Assembly (NCBI GenBank): GCA_046563655.1
Contig: CM102286.1
Location: 3,162,001-3,226,000 of the forward strand
Source: Yuukianura sp. NJ FZ-2021
Taxonomy: Eukaryota
Reading direction: 5' to 3'
Length of the DNA stretch: 64,000 bases
Positions within the stretch are counted from its first letter, which is position 1, and the number at the start of each line of letters is the position of its first letter. Positions 51,749-64,000 of this stretch are shown here, piece after piece. A model generated the notes under the pieces. That model was not told where the DNA came from and searched no databases. It saw nothing but the letters and a program-made list of their open reading frames with translations. Position numbers and translations under genes: made by a program.

Positions 51749-54700
51749 ATGGCTGGTACGATGGATGTTATGAAAATATTTCCGGTCATTGACCTCGGTG
51801 ACGGTTTGAGGGATTCGCCAAAGTTCCGTTCATCGTTGGATGAGAAGATGCTAAACCTTGAAAACTTGGAAACGAAAGTAGAGAAACTACTCAAAGCATC
51901 GCATGCAATGGTCGAAGCTGGAAAACATCACTTGAACCTTCAGCAGTAAGTGAATCCTGCTAAAAGATTTTAATTCTAAATATAATACAGCCACATAATG
52001 TTTTTTTGGTTTTATTTCAGTTCCTTTTTGACAGCATTGACTGAAGTGAATGTACACTTCAGGGGAGACAAGTTTGTGTACTCGGCTTTCGGTACTTTTT
52101 CTACTCAATTGCTAGAAATGGCCAAGTATCAGACAACACTAATCGATCAAATCAGTAGGGCTGTGTGTCACAATTTGGACGCTTTTCTCAAAAAGTTAGT
52201 CACAGTGTTTACATTGTGTAAAGGTCACTTCGAATTCTAACTGCGTTGTTCCTTTCCTTGTTACAGAGATATTCGCGGATGTAAAGACGCCAAAACACTG
52301 TTAGAGAAGTCTGGAATCGATTATGAAAACGCTTTACACAAGAACTCAGCTGTTCCAAAGGGCAAAAATGCCGAGGCCGAAGAAGCATCAAATGCTCTGA
52401 ATCTGGCCAAACAGTGCCACCGAAGTGCTGCTCTCAAAATGATTTACGCCCTTTCCATGTTTCAGGAAAAGAAGCGATTTGAAATTTTAGATAGTGTAAG
52501 TTGGTAATCTTTATTGTTTCGTTATGTTAACAACGTTACTGCAACTGTAATATATTTTTGTTATTCCAACAGATTTTGTCAGTTTTGAACGCATATCGAA
52601 CGTATTTTCACCAAGGGTCTGATTTTCTCAAAGACAACGATTCACCATTGAAGAATCTTAGTAATAGACTGGAAGAAATGCGATCGGCACTTCCTATGGA
52701 CTATGACAAGACTTCTGGCATGTCCAAGCTAATAGCTACCACTCCGGACTATGTCACTGGTGGATTCGCTCCGGAAGGAATTGTAATGCAAGGATATCTT
52801 TTCAGACGAGGTTCTTCTAAAGCCTTCAAAAGCTGGAAACGACGATGGTAAACATTGTACTGACTACATGGAATCTTATTTCGGAACCAATGTTTCATTT
52901 TCATAAGTAAACATTTGTAGTTGGTAAACCAACAAATTCTGTATGTTAACCTTGGATCGGAAATTGGAAAACTAATTGCTTACAATTATTTTTGCCGCTA
53001 GGTTTGAACTATTAGAGAAAGGACAACTTGTGTACCGGAAGCGATTTGATGATCTTCCAGCTATAGTTGAAGAGGATCTTCGCATTTGCCTTGTCCGGCC
53101 TATGGCAGAAGAAAATCGCCGTTTCTGCTTTGAACTCATTTCACCAAACAAGTACTTCAAGAATTGTTTATGGTTTTTGAGCTCGAAATTTAACGTTTTT
53201 TGTTGCTTACTCCTCAGAACTCATATTCTTCAAGCTGACTCCGAGGAAATCTTCCAAGCATGGGTATCAGCTCTTCAAGTCGCCATTCAGTCTGCCATTC
53301 ACAACTCTACTCAAACACGAACCTCCGATCCATCCGCACCCCCCATTCCACCTACTCCACTTCAACTGCTACAGATATCAACAGAAAAAGCGAAGTGAGT
53401 TTCATTTTCAACTTTTTATCTTATTTTTGAAAAATTAGGTTAGGTTTTTTGAAATTTTAAATCGTTTTCAGAGTTGTTCGCAGCATCTTGAGTGTTGACG
53501 GAAACAGGGAGTGCTGTGACTGTGGAACACCAAATCCGGAATGGGCCAGCATCAACCTCGGTATCACCTTGTGTATAGGTAATTTGAAATAAAACTTAAG
53601 ACTAAATTAAAATAACTAACTGAAACCTTAAAGCTAAGTAAACTTATCCACCACATCAAATGAACGTTGATTCAGCTCCTTGTACTTCCAGAATGCTCCG
53701 GTATCCATCGATCGCTTGGCGTTCATTACAGTAAGGTGAAGTCCCTGAAACTTGATACTTGGGAAGGCGGACTTCTCAAAGTCATGGGAGATTTAGGAAA
53801 CTCCGTCGTCAATCGAATTTATCTGGCCAAAGTAGAAGTTGTAAACACCTTAGGTATAATCCCAGCTACTCCGAATTGCTCCAGGTATGAATTTGAATTA
53901 ATTAAGTAATTAATTAAATTCATCAGTTTTTATCAATTACTAAGTTTAAGTTATATTTCTTAATTTCTTCTCATTAGGGAGATACGCGAGACCTGGATAA
54001 GGGCCAAGTATGTCGATAAAGCTTTTGTAGCATCTCCGGGTCTGAATGGAACCAATTCCGCTGGAAAGAAGTTGATTCGGAAGTGGAGTGTTCGGAAACC
54101 GTTTCGGCGAGAGAGAAAAACTGGCAGTGGTCAACGACCAGCTCAAAATCCAGAACAAGAAAGTGCGTTACAATCTCAACTTCCGTCGGCACCAGTACCA
54201 CCGTCTGCTTCAAATGAAGACTCAGAAACTGAGTCGTTCAAATCACTTTCCTCTAATTCTCGAGACGAAGGAGAAAACTCAAGTGTCCGAAGTCGGAGTG
54301 ACTCGGAAGTGCTCGTTTTCGGAGCCGAAGCACTACCACTATCTCCGCCAACAGAGATTCTTGATACACAGGGAGAAGATTCGACGGATGAACCAGAAGC
54401 AAAAGAAACTGGTCAGTATTATTTTAGCATTACAAAACTTCGGACATTACAAAACTCCGATTCATCAGTGCTAATTTTATTATGCTATGTATTTTAAATT
54501 TTAGAAGAGTCGGTTGATATCCTGGATGGAAATATGCTTCTGTACAAGGCTGCTCGTGTCGGGAACTTAGCCGTGATGTGTGAGGCTATAGCGATGGGCG
54601 GAAACAAGAACTGGGTGAACCACAACGATTTGGACTCAACGCCTTTGCACCAAGCTGCTTTCAGTGTAAGATTGCTTTCCGTATAAAAAAATCGCTGAAT

Positions 54701-55211
54701 TGCTGATGTCAAATTTTAACCTTTTGTTTTTGTTTGTAGGGTTCTGTTAGTTCCTGTGAATTCCTTTTACTCAACGGTGCACAGGTGAATGCACAGGACG
54801 CTAAAGGGCGGACACCGCTGTACATAGCTGCAGAATATGGTAAAGATTGGGCAAAACCGAAACGAAAATTATGACAAGTGAAGCTACATTCCTGAAATAC
54901 TTCCAGTGGGATTTCCAATTGGCTAATCACTTGAATATTTCGTAGGTCATACCGGTCAGATTTGTCTTTTCCTGAGAAGCCGGGCTGACCATCATCTCAC
55001 CGATGTCGAAGGTCGTAAACCACTAGATGTTGCCGTTGCAACTGAAAATGCAGACATTGTCACCCTTCTACGACTGGCTACCATGGCCGAAGAGATGGGG
55101 ACTGGAGAGACTTCGCAAAGCGATGACACCTTCCAGGAAATTGTTCGGGATATTGCAAAAAGAGCTCACACAACTCCCAATCCTACCAGTACTCTCGAAG
55201 CCAAATCGTGA
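51749..55211 (+). CDS. ACAP: ACAP/centaurin-beta Arf-GAP (BAR-PH-ArfGAP-ankyrin)
   Basis: BAR start [10 protein letters not shown] domain [21 protein letters not shown]...[11 protein letters not shown]...RRFCFE; ArfGAP zinc finger [30 protein letters not shown]; ankyrin repeats with CEFLLLNGA and ADIVTLLRL. Stop TGA at 55209-55211. Confidence 0.93.
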
Positions 55212-55233
55212 ACAAGATGTTTTTAAACACAAT

Positions 55234-56374
55234 CATCGTCCGAAACTATCAAGTTTGTATTTCTCACAAATACAATGTAGTCAGAATTTTAGAACTAAAA
55301 CTTCTTCCCAATTAGCAATTTATAATCTTTGCAATTAAAAATTTTAATTTTTTTTAATTAAAAAATTTAAATTTGTAAATTAAAAATTTTTTAATTTTTT
55401 TTAAAAAGATGTATACAAAAATTTACATGCACCGCTGCATGCTACGCTTGCTAGCTACGCTTCAACAATTAAAGTCAGCAAATATAATTTTAATTAATTT
55501 CACACATTAGAATGATGGAGACATATTATATTACTCTTCTAGTGTAGTCTTACCCACCGCTACATATACCGCTTGCTAGCTACGCTTCAACAATTAAAGT
55601 CAGCAAATATAATTTTAATTAATTTTACACATTAGAATGATGCAGACATATTATATTACTCTTCTAGTATAGTCTAAGCCATCGCTACATGCAGCGCTTG
55701 CTAGCTACGCTTCAATAATTGAAGTCAACAAATATAATATTAATGGTAAGGTCGAAGCGTAGCTATCTAGCGGTGAGCAAAAATGGTTCAAAAGGCTTCT
55801 CATAGCTTCCGCTACGAAGTATATGCGTCAAAAGTTCAAATTTAACTTTAAGTATAAAGTTAATGTCGAAGCGTAGCTATCTAGCGGTACATCTAACGGT
55901 GACTAAAGATGCTTCAAAAGGTTTATTATAGCTTCCGGTAAGAAGTATATGAGTCAAAAGTTCAAATTTAACGTTAAGTATAAAGTTAATGTCGAAGCGT
56001 AGCTATCTAGCGGTACATCTAGCGGTGACTAAAGATGCTCCAAAAGGGTTATTATCGCTTCCGATAAGAAGTGTATGTGTTCGAAATTCAAATTGGAGTT
56101 AAAGATAAACTTCATGTCGAAGCGTAGCTATGTAGCGGTGCATCTAGCGGCGCCTAGGAATGCTTCAAAACGCTACTAGTGACTTCGGGTGAACCAATTT
56201 ATGTGTCCAAAGTTAAAAAAAATTAAATTTAAATTTTTTTTTTCTATAATATTATAATTAAAATTGAGTTAAATATGATATGAAATTAAATGCTCTCATT
56301 GTAAATGTGAGAAATTGACTATATATCCTCCACTGGGAGGATATATAGAATTCACTTGATAGTTTCGGACGATG
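55234..56374. mobile_element. Non-autonomous TIR DNA transposon (1141 bp, 8-bp TSD) with inverted arrays of ~125-bp subrepeats
   Basis: Perfect 21-bp TIRs CATCGTCCGAAACTATCAAGT (55234-55254) and ACTTGATAGTTTCGGACGATG (56354-56374). TSD AACACAAT at 55226-55233 and 56375-56382. No ORF inside. Confidence 0.9.
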
Positions 56375-56754
56375 AACACAATGCTTCCTATGCGTTTTTA
56401 ACTGTAGTATCCTCGTAACCCCTGTGTATTATTCCAAAGTACGAAACCCACCAAAACGCTGATTAACGTTATTTCTGAACTCATTTCAGCTTAAAATGCA
56501 AAGTAAGTACCAGTACCAATTGCTTCCTCAACTTCCCGACTTGTGATCAAATGTTTAAGTACGCGTCAATGTCACTTAATAAAGGACTCGAATAAACAAT
56601 CACGATACTCGAGATAAGAGTTACTTTAACATACCAATTGAGACGTTAAGTTAAAAGAAAGTGATTTTTTAGTTTTGCGCTTGCAACGCAGGATCGTTAC
56701 CTCACATATCAAGTGCTCAACTCTGCTGTGCCGAGGTCATCACTCATTGTAGCA

Positions 56755-57012
56755 AGGTTGCTATAGCAACAAAATTGTTTTGCTTTAAGAGGTTGGTTTG
56801 GCAATAAGTCCTGTTTACGAAAAAATTCGCTCCAAACAACTTTTTCCCCCAATCCCATTTGATTGCATATAAATCATTACCATAGGAAGGCACCATAAGA
56901 AAAAACTGAAAGTCCCGTTAAATCAAAGTTGCCATAGCAACGAAATACTTTTGCTTTAAGAGGTTTGGCAGTAAGTCCTGTTTAAAAAAAATCTCGCCCA
57001 AACAATTTTTTC
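56755..57012. repeat. Diverged direct duplication (~85 bp, offset ~171 bp), each copy starting with an X-box palindrome
   Basis: GTTGCTATAGCAAC (56757-56770) and GTTGCCATAGCAAC (56928-56941), each followed by TTTTGCTTTAAGAGG...TAAGTCCTGTTTA...CCAAACAA. Confidence 0.7.
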
Positions 57013-57047
57013 TACCTTTTTTCAACTTTTTTTTTGTTTTTTTTTCT

Positions 57048-60000
57048 AATGTCAAGTCAAGTCTCGTTAACTGTAATAATAACACTTCTGCTGCGCATTC
57101 AAGCAAGAGACACAGGGACTAAGTTTTTTACCACATCCCCGAACCAATGCGGATTGAGACTTTGAAACGATCTGTGCATGGACACATTCGCCAAGAAGTG
57201 ATTCCGTAGGTTTCGGTTGTGGGATTTAGTATGTGTTCCTAAGTGATGGTACAGAGAAGGTTTAGTCAAAAATTTAAAGTTCATTTTACAATTTTTTGAA
57301 CCAAAATTACGAAACAAACTCCAGATTTTTTTATATACACGAAGATCCACACGACAGAGGACTAGTCAATGACTACGCTCGAGATTCCGGCCCCAGTTCA
57401 CTCGGACTGGCACACTCCGGACTTACCGAGAGAGATTCACACCCCTCCCTGCCCTGTGTCACCTGAACAGCTACTTGCAAGCCTCGATCCGTCTTCGCGC
57501 CCAATCTACTGCAATGCCGTATGTTCCAGTGTATATGAAAAAACCGAAAGTCACGTTAAATGTCAAGTAAAGTCTCGTTAACTCTAATAGTAACACTTCT
57601 GCTGCGATATGAAAAAAACCGAAAGTCACGTTAAATGTCAAGTCAAGTCTCGTTAACTCTAATAATAACACTTCTGCTGCGCATTCAAGCAAGAGACACA
57701 GGGACTAAGTTTTTGTACCACATCCCCGAACCAATGCGGATTGAGACTTTGAAACGATCTGTGCATGGACACATTCGCCAAGAAGTGATTCCGTAGGTTT
57801 CGGTTGTGGGATTTAGTATGTGTTCCTAAGTGATGGTACAGAGAAGGTTTAGTCAAAAATTTAAAGTTCATTTTACAATTTTTTGAACCAAAATTACGAA
57901 ACAAACTCCAGATTTTTTTTATATACACGAAGATCCACACGACAGAGGACTAGTCAATGACTACGCTCGAGATTCCGGCCCCAGTTCACTCGGACTGGCA
58001 CACTCCGGACTTACCGAGAGAGATTCACACCCCTCCCTGCCCTGTGTCACCTGAACAGCTACTTGCAAGCCTCGATCCGTCTTCGCGCCCAATCTACTGC
58101 AATGCCGTATGTTCCAGTGTATATGAAAAAACCGAAAGTCACGTTAAATGTCAAGTAAAGTCTCGTTAACTCTAATAGTAACACTTCTGCTGCGATATGA
58201 AAAAAACCGAAAGTCACGTTAAATGTCAAGTCAAGTCTCGTTAACTCTAATAATAACACTTCTGCTGCGCATTCAAGCAAGAGACACAGGGACTAAGTTT
58301 TTGTACCACATCCCCGAACCAATGCGGATTGAGACTTTGAAACGATCTGTGCATGGACACATTCGCCAAGAAGTGATTCCGTAGGTTTCGGTTGTGGGAT
58401 TTAGTATGTGTTCCTAAGTGATGGTACAGAGAAGGTTTAGTCAAAAATTTAAAGTTCATTTTACAATTTTTTGAACCAAAATTACGAAACAAACTCCAGA
58501 TTTTTTTTATATACACGAAGATCCACACGACAGAGGACTAGTCAATGACTACGCTCGAGATTCCGGCCCCAGTTCACTCGGACTGGCACACTCCGGACTT
58601 ACCGAGAGAGATTCACACCCCTCCCTGCCCTGTGTCACCTGAACAGCTACTTGCAAGCCTCGATCCGTCTTCGCGCCCAATCTACTGCAATGCCGTATGT
58701 TCCAGTGTATATGAAAAAAACCGAAAGTCACGTTAAATGTCAAGTAAAGTCTCGTTAACTCTAATAGTAACACTTCTGCTGCGATATGAAAAAAACCGAA
58801 AGTCACGTTAAATGTCAAGTCAAGTCTCGTTAACTCTAATAATAACACTTCTGCTGCGCATTCAAGCAAGAGACACAGGGACTAAGTTTTTGTACCACAT
58901 CCCCGAACCAATGCGGATTGAGACTTTGAAACGATCTGTGCATGGACACATTCGCCAAGAAGCGATTCCGTAGGTTTCGGTTGTGGGATTTAGTATGTGT
59001 TCCTAAGTGATGGTACAGAGAAGGTTTAGTCAAAAATTTAAAGTTCATTTTACAATTTTTTGAACCAAAATTACGAAACAAACTCCAGATTTTTTATATA
59101 CACGAAGATCCACACGACAGAGGACTAGTCAATGACTACGCTCGAGATTCCGGCCCCAGTTCACTCGGACTGGCACACTCCGGACTTACCGAGAGAGATT
59201 CACACCCCTCCCTGCCCTGTGTCACCTGAACAGCTACTTGCAAGCCTCGATCCGTCTTCGCGCCCAATCTACTGCAATGCCGTATGTTCCAGTGTATATG
59301 AAAAAACCGAAAGTCACGTTAAATGTCAAGTAAAGTCTCGTTAACTCTAATAGTAACACTTCTGCTGCGATATGAAAAAAACCGAAAGTCACGTTAAATG
59401 TCAAGTCAAGTCTCGTTAACTCTAATAATAACACTTCTGCTGCGCATTCAAGCAAGAGACACAGGGACTAAGTTTTTGTACCACATCCCCGAACCAATGC
59501 GGATTGAGACTTTGAAACGATCTGTGCATGGACACATTCGCCAAGAAGTGATTCCGTAGGTTTCGGTTGTGGGATTTAGTATGTGTTCCTAAGTGATGGT
59601 ACAGAGAAGGTTTAGTCAAAAATTTAAAGTTCATTTTACAATTTTTTGAACCAAAATTACGAAACAAACTCCAGATTTTTTTATATACACGAAGATCCAC
59701 ACGACAGAGGACTAGTCAATGACTACGCTCGAGATTCCGGCCCCAGTTCACTCGGACTGGCACACTCCGGACTTACCGAGAGAGATTCACACCCCTCCCT
59801 GCCCTGTGTCACCTGAACAGCTACTTGCAAGCCTCGATCCGTCTTCGCGCCCAATCTACTGCAATGCCGTATGTTCCAGTGTATATGAAAAAAACCGAAA
59901 GTCACGTTAAATGTCAAGTAAAGTCTCGTTAACTCTAATAGTAACACTTCTGCTGCGATATGAAAAAACCGAAAGTCACGTTAAATGTCAAGTCAAGTCT

Positions 60001-63000
60001 CGTTAACTCTAATAATAACACTTCTGCTGCGCATTCAAGCAAGAGACACAGGGACTAAGTTTTTGTACCACATCCCCGAACCAATGCGGATTGAGACTTT
60101 GAAACGATCTGTGCATGGACACATTCGCCAAGAAGTGATTCCGTAGGTTTCGGTTGTGGGATTTAGTATGTGTTCCTAAGTGATGGTACAGAGAAGGTTT
60201 AGTCAAAAATTTAAAGTTCATTTTACAATTTTTTGAACCAAAATTACGAAACAAACTCCAGATTTTTTATATACACGAAGATCCACACGACAGAGGACTA
60301 GTCAATGACTACGCTCGAGATTCCGGCCCCAGTTCACTCGGACTGGCACACTCCGGACTTACCGAGAGAGATTCACACCCCTCCCTGCCCTGTGTCACCT
60401 GAACAGCTACTTGCAAGCCTCGATCCGTCTTCGCGCCCAATCTACTGCAATGCCGTATGTTCCAGTGTATATGAAAAAAACCGAAAGTCACGTTAAATGT
60501 CAAGTAAAGTCTCGTTAACTCTAATAGTAACACTTCTGCTGCGATATGAAAAAAACCGAAAGTCACGTTAAATGTCAAGTCAAGTCTCGTTAACTCTAAT
60601 AATAACACTTCTGCTGCGCATTCAAGCAAGAGACACAGGGACTAAGTTTTTGTACCACATCCCCGAACCAATGCGGATTGAGACTTTGAAACGATCTGTG
60701 CATGGACACATTCGCCAAGAAGTGATTCCGTAGGTTTCGGTTGTGGGATTTAGTATGTGTTCCTAAGTGATGGTACAGAGAAGGTTTAGTCAAAAATTTA
60801 AAGTTCATTTTACAATTTTTTGAACCAAAATTACGAAACAAACTCCAGATTTTTTTATATACACGAAGATCCACACGACAGAGGACTAGTCAATGACTAC
60901 GCTCGAGATTCCGGCCCCAGTTCACTCGGACTGGCACACTCCGGACTTACCGAGAGAGATTCACATCCCTGCCCTGTGTCACCTGAACAGCTACTTGCAA
61001 GCCTCGATCCGTCTTCGCGCCCAATCTACTGCAATGCCGTATGTTCCAGTGTATATGAAAAAACCGAAAGTCACGTTAAATGTCAAGTAAAGTCTCGTTA
61101 ACTCTAATAGTAACACTTCTGCTGCGATATGAAAAAAACCGAAAGTCACGTTAAATGTCAAGTCAAGTCTCGTTAACTCTAATAATAACACTTCTGCTGC
61201 GCATTCAAGCAAGAGACACAGGGACTAAGTTTTTGTACCACATCCCCGAACCAATGCGGATTGAGACTTTGAAACGATCTGTGCATGGACACATTCGCCA
61301 AGAAGTGATTCCGTAGGTTTCGGTTGTGGGATTTAGTATGTGTTCCTAAGTGATGGTACAGAGAAGGTTTAGTCAAAAATTTAAAGTTCATTTTACAATT
61401 TTTTGAACCAAAATTACGAAACAAACTCCAGATTTTTTATATACACGAAGATCCACACGACAGAGGACTAGTCAATGACTACGCTCGAGATTCCGGCCCC
61501 AGTTCACTCGGACTGGCACACTCCGGACTTACCGAGAGAGATTCACACCCCTCCCTGCCCTGTGTCACCTGAACAGCTACTTGCAAGCCTCGATCCGTCT
61601 TCGCGCCCAATCTACTGCAATGCCGTATGTTCCAGTGTATATGAAAAAAACCGAAAGTCACGTTAAATGTCAAGTAAAGTCTCGTTAACTCTAATAGTAA
61701 CACTTCTGCTGCGATATGAAAAAAACCGAAAGTCACGTTAAATGTCAAGTCAAGTCTCGTTAACTCTAATAATAACACTTCTGCTGCGCATTCAAGCAAG
61801 AGACACAGGGACTAAGTTTTTGTACCACATCCCCGAACCAATGCGGATTGAGACTTTGAAACGATCTGTGCATGGACACATTCGCCAAGAAGTGATTCCG
61901 TAGGTTTCGGTTGTGGGATTTAGTATGTGTTCCTAAGTGATGGTACAGAGAAGGTTTAGTCAAAAATTTAAAGTTCATTTTACAATTTTTTGAACCAAAA
62001 TTACGAAACAAACTCCAGATTTTTTATATACACGAAGATCCACACGACAGAGGACTAGTCAATGACTACGCTCGAGATTCCGGCCCCAGTTCACTCGGAC
62101 TGGCACACTCCGGACTTACCGAGAGAGATTCACACCCCTCCCTGCCCTGTGTCACCTGAACAGCTACTTGCAAGCCTCGATCCGTCTTCGCGCCCAATCT
62201 ACTGCAATGCCGTATGTTCCAGTGTATATGAAAAAAACCGAAAGTCACGTTAAATGTCAAGTAAAGTCTCGTTAACTCTAATAGTAACACTTCTGCTGCG
62301 ATATGAAAAAAACCGAAAGTCACGTTAAATGTCAAGTCAAGTCTCGTTAACTCTAATAATAACACTTCTGCTGCGCATTCAAGCAAGAGACACAGGGACT
62401 AAGTTTTTGTACCACATCCCCGAACCAATGCGGATTGAGACTTTGAAACGATCTGTGCATGGACACATTCGCCAAGAAGTGATTCCGTAGGTTTCGGTTG
62501 TGGGATTTAGTATGTGTTCCTAAGTGATGGTACAGAGAAGGTTTAGTCAAAAATTTAAAGTTCATTTTACAATTTTTTGAACCAAAATTACGAAACAAAC
62601 TCCAGATTTTTTATATACACGAAGATCCACACGACAGAGGACTAGTCAATGACTACGCTCGAGATTCCGGCCCCAGTTCACTCGGACTGGCACACTCCGG
62701 ACTTACCGAGAGAGATTCACACCCCTCCCTGCCCTGTGTCACCTGAACAGCTACTTGCAAGCCTCGATCCGTCTTCGCGCCCAATCTACTGCAATGCCGT
62801 ATGTTCCAGTGTATATGAAAAAAACCGAAAGTCACGTTAAATGTCAAGTAAAGTCTCGTTAACTCTAATAGTAACACTTCTGCTGCGATATGAAAAAAAC
62901 CGAAAGTCACGTTAAATGTCAAGTCAAGTCTCGTTAACTCTAATAATAACACTTCTGCTGCGCATTCAAGCAAGAGACACAGGGACTAAGTTTTTGTACC

Positions 63001-63711
63001 ACATCCCCGAACCAATGCGGATTGAGACTTTGAAACGATCTGTGCATGGACACATTCGCCAAGAAGTGATTCCGTAGGTTTCGGTTGTGGGATTTAGTAT
63101 GTGTTCCTAAGTGATGGTACAGAGAAGGTTTAGTCAAAAATTTAAAGTTCATTTTACAATTTTTTGAACCAAAATTACGAAACAAACTCCAGATTTTTTT
63201 ATATACACGAAGATCCACACGACAGAGGACTAGTCAATGACTACGCTCGAGATTCCGGCCCCAGTTCACTCGGACTGGCACACTCCGGACTTACCGAGAG
63301 AGATTCACACCCCTCCCTGCCCTGTGTCACCTGAACAGCTACTTGCAAGCCTCGATCCGTCTTCGCGCCCAATCTACTGCAATGCCGTATGTTCCAGTGT
63401 ATATGAAAAAAACCGAAAGTCACGTTAAATGTCAAGTAAAGTCTCGTTAACTCTAATAATAACACTTCTGCTGCGCATTCAAGCAAGAGACACAGGGACT
63501 AAGTTTTTTACCACATCCCCGAACCAATGCGGATTGAGACTTTGAAACGATCTGTGCATGGACACATTCGTCAAGAAGTGATTCCGTAGGTTTCGGTGGT
63601 GGGATTTAGTATGTGTTCCTAAGTGATGGTACAGAGAAGGTTTAGTCAAAAATTTAAACTTCATTTTCCTATTTTTTGAACCAAAATTACCAAACAAACT
63701 CCAGATTTTTT
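57048..63711. repeat. Tandem array, ~587-bp unit, ~11.3 near-identical copies
   Basis: The same landmark (ATGACTACGCTCGAG) recurs at 57369, 57957, 58545, 59132, 59719, 60305, 60893, 61475, 62062, 62649 and 63237. Each unit has an internal ~74-bp duplication, which the last copy lacks. Confidence 0.97.
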
Positions 63712-64000
63712 CAGTATTATGCATAATGAATCCGTATAATTTCGTTAAAATTTGTTGTTTTTTTTTTGGGAAAACTTTGGAAATGTGTTGAAGTAATTTT
63801 TGTCCAGGTTTCTAATCCTAACCTAATTTTTTGATTAAGTTGAGATTCGAGTTGCCAAAAACTAAATTCGGAATTAATCCCAAATTTTGAACATCTGAGA
63901 AAAGAAATGCCTGGTTGACCTGTTACACAATTGCAAACTGACGTGACTATTCGCTATTTCAAATTCCTTATTTTTTCAAGTTTTTTTTACCATGATTTCT

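Noticed and set aside
57185..57300. U5 snRNA resemblance (TTCGCC...GATTCCGT, AATTTTTTGA)
   Set aside because: The invariant loop I sequence GCCTTTTAC is missing. No 5S, U1, U2 or U6 signature was seen either.
57100..57700. Self-cleaving ribozyme in the repeat unit (hammerhead, twister, pistol, HDV)
   Set aside because: No CTGANGA...GAAA core on either strand. TAACAC...AAGC, CACGTTAAAT and TCTTCGC resemble fragments of twister, pistol and HDV motifs, but the required pairing partners are absent.
57369..63428. Repeated short ORFs (MTTLEIPAP..., MLECAAEV...) as a tandem gene family
   Set aside because: Their ends shift with homopolymer length between otherwise identical copies, and no domain is recognisable.
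57048..63711. CRISPR array
   Set aside because: Eukaryotic intron-containing context, whole ~587-bp units are identical with no unique spacers, and no cas genes.

Overview
Gene-dense eukaryotic DNA, AT-rich with short GT-AG introns. The gene set (Sep1-type septin, egghead-like enzyme, para/DSC1-type channel) suggests a compact arthropod genome; this is an inference. The first ~15 kb has no recognisable coding sequence but is strongly enriched in TGCGCATG motifs. Thirteen spliced genes follow: a large disordered protein, a MARVEL protein, a Gly-rich secreted protein, a ZIP transporter, a septin, a highly divergent four-domain Nav-family channel, a small Cys-rich secreted protein, dystroglycan, DNAJB11, TP53RK/Bud32, an egh-like glycosyltransferase, YIPF5 and ACAP. 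The window ends with a 1.14-kb TIR/8-bp-TSD foldback element just after the ACAP stop and a ~6.7-kb tandem array of a ~587-bp unit. The most striking item is the channel. By hand-splicing it is an intact 15-exon, ~1348-aa miniaturised Nav with a D-E-N-S selectivity filter, largely neutralised S4 segments, no IFM/MFM latch and almost no C-terminal domain, which suggests a NaX-like non-voltage-gated channel. It sits head-to-head with a secreted protein carrying a CS-alpha-beta-like cysteine pattern. All gene models were spliced and translated by hand and family comparisons are from memory; no searches were run.
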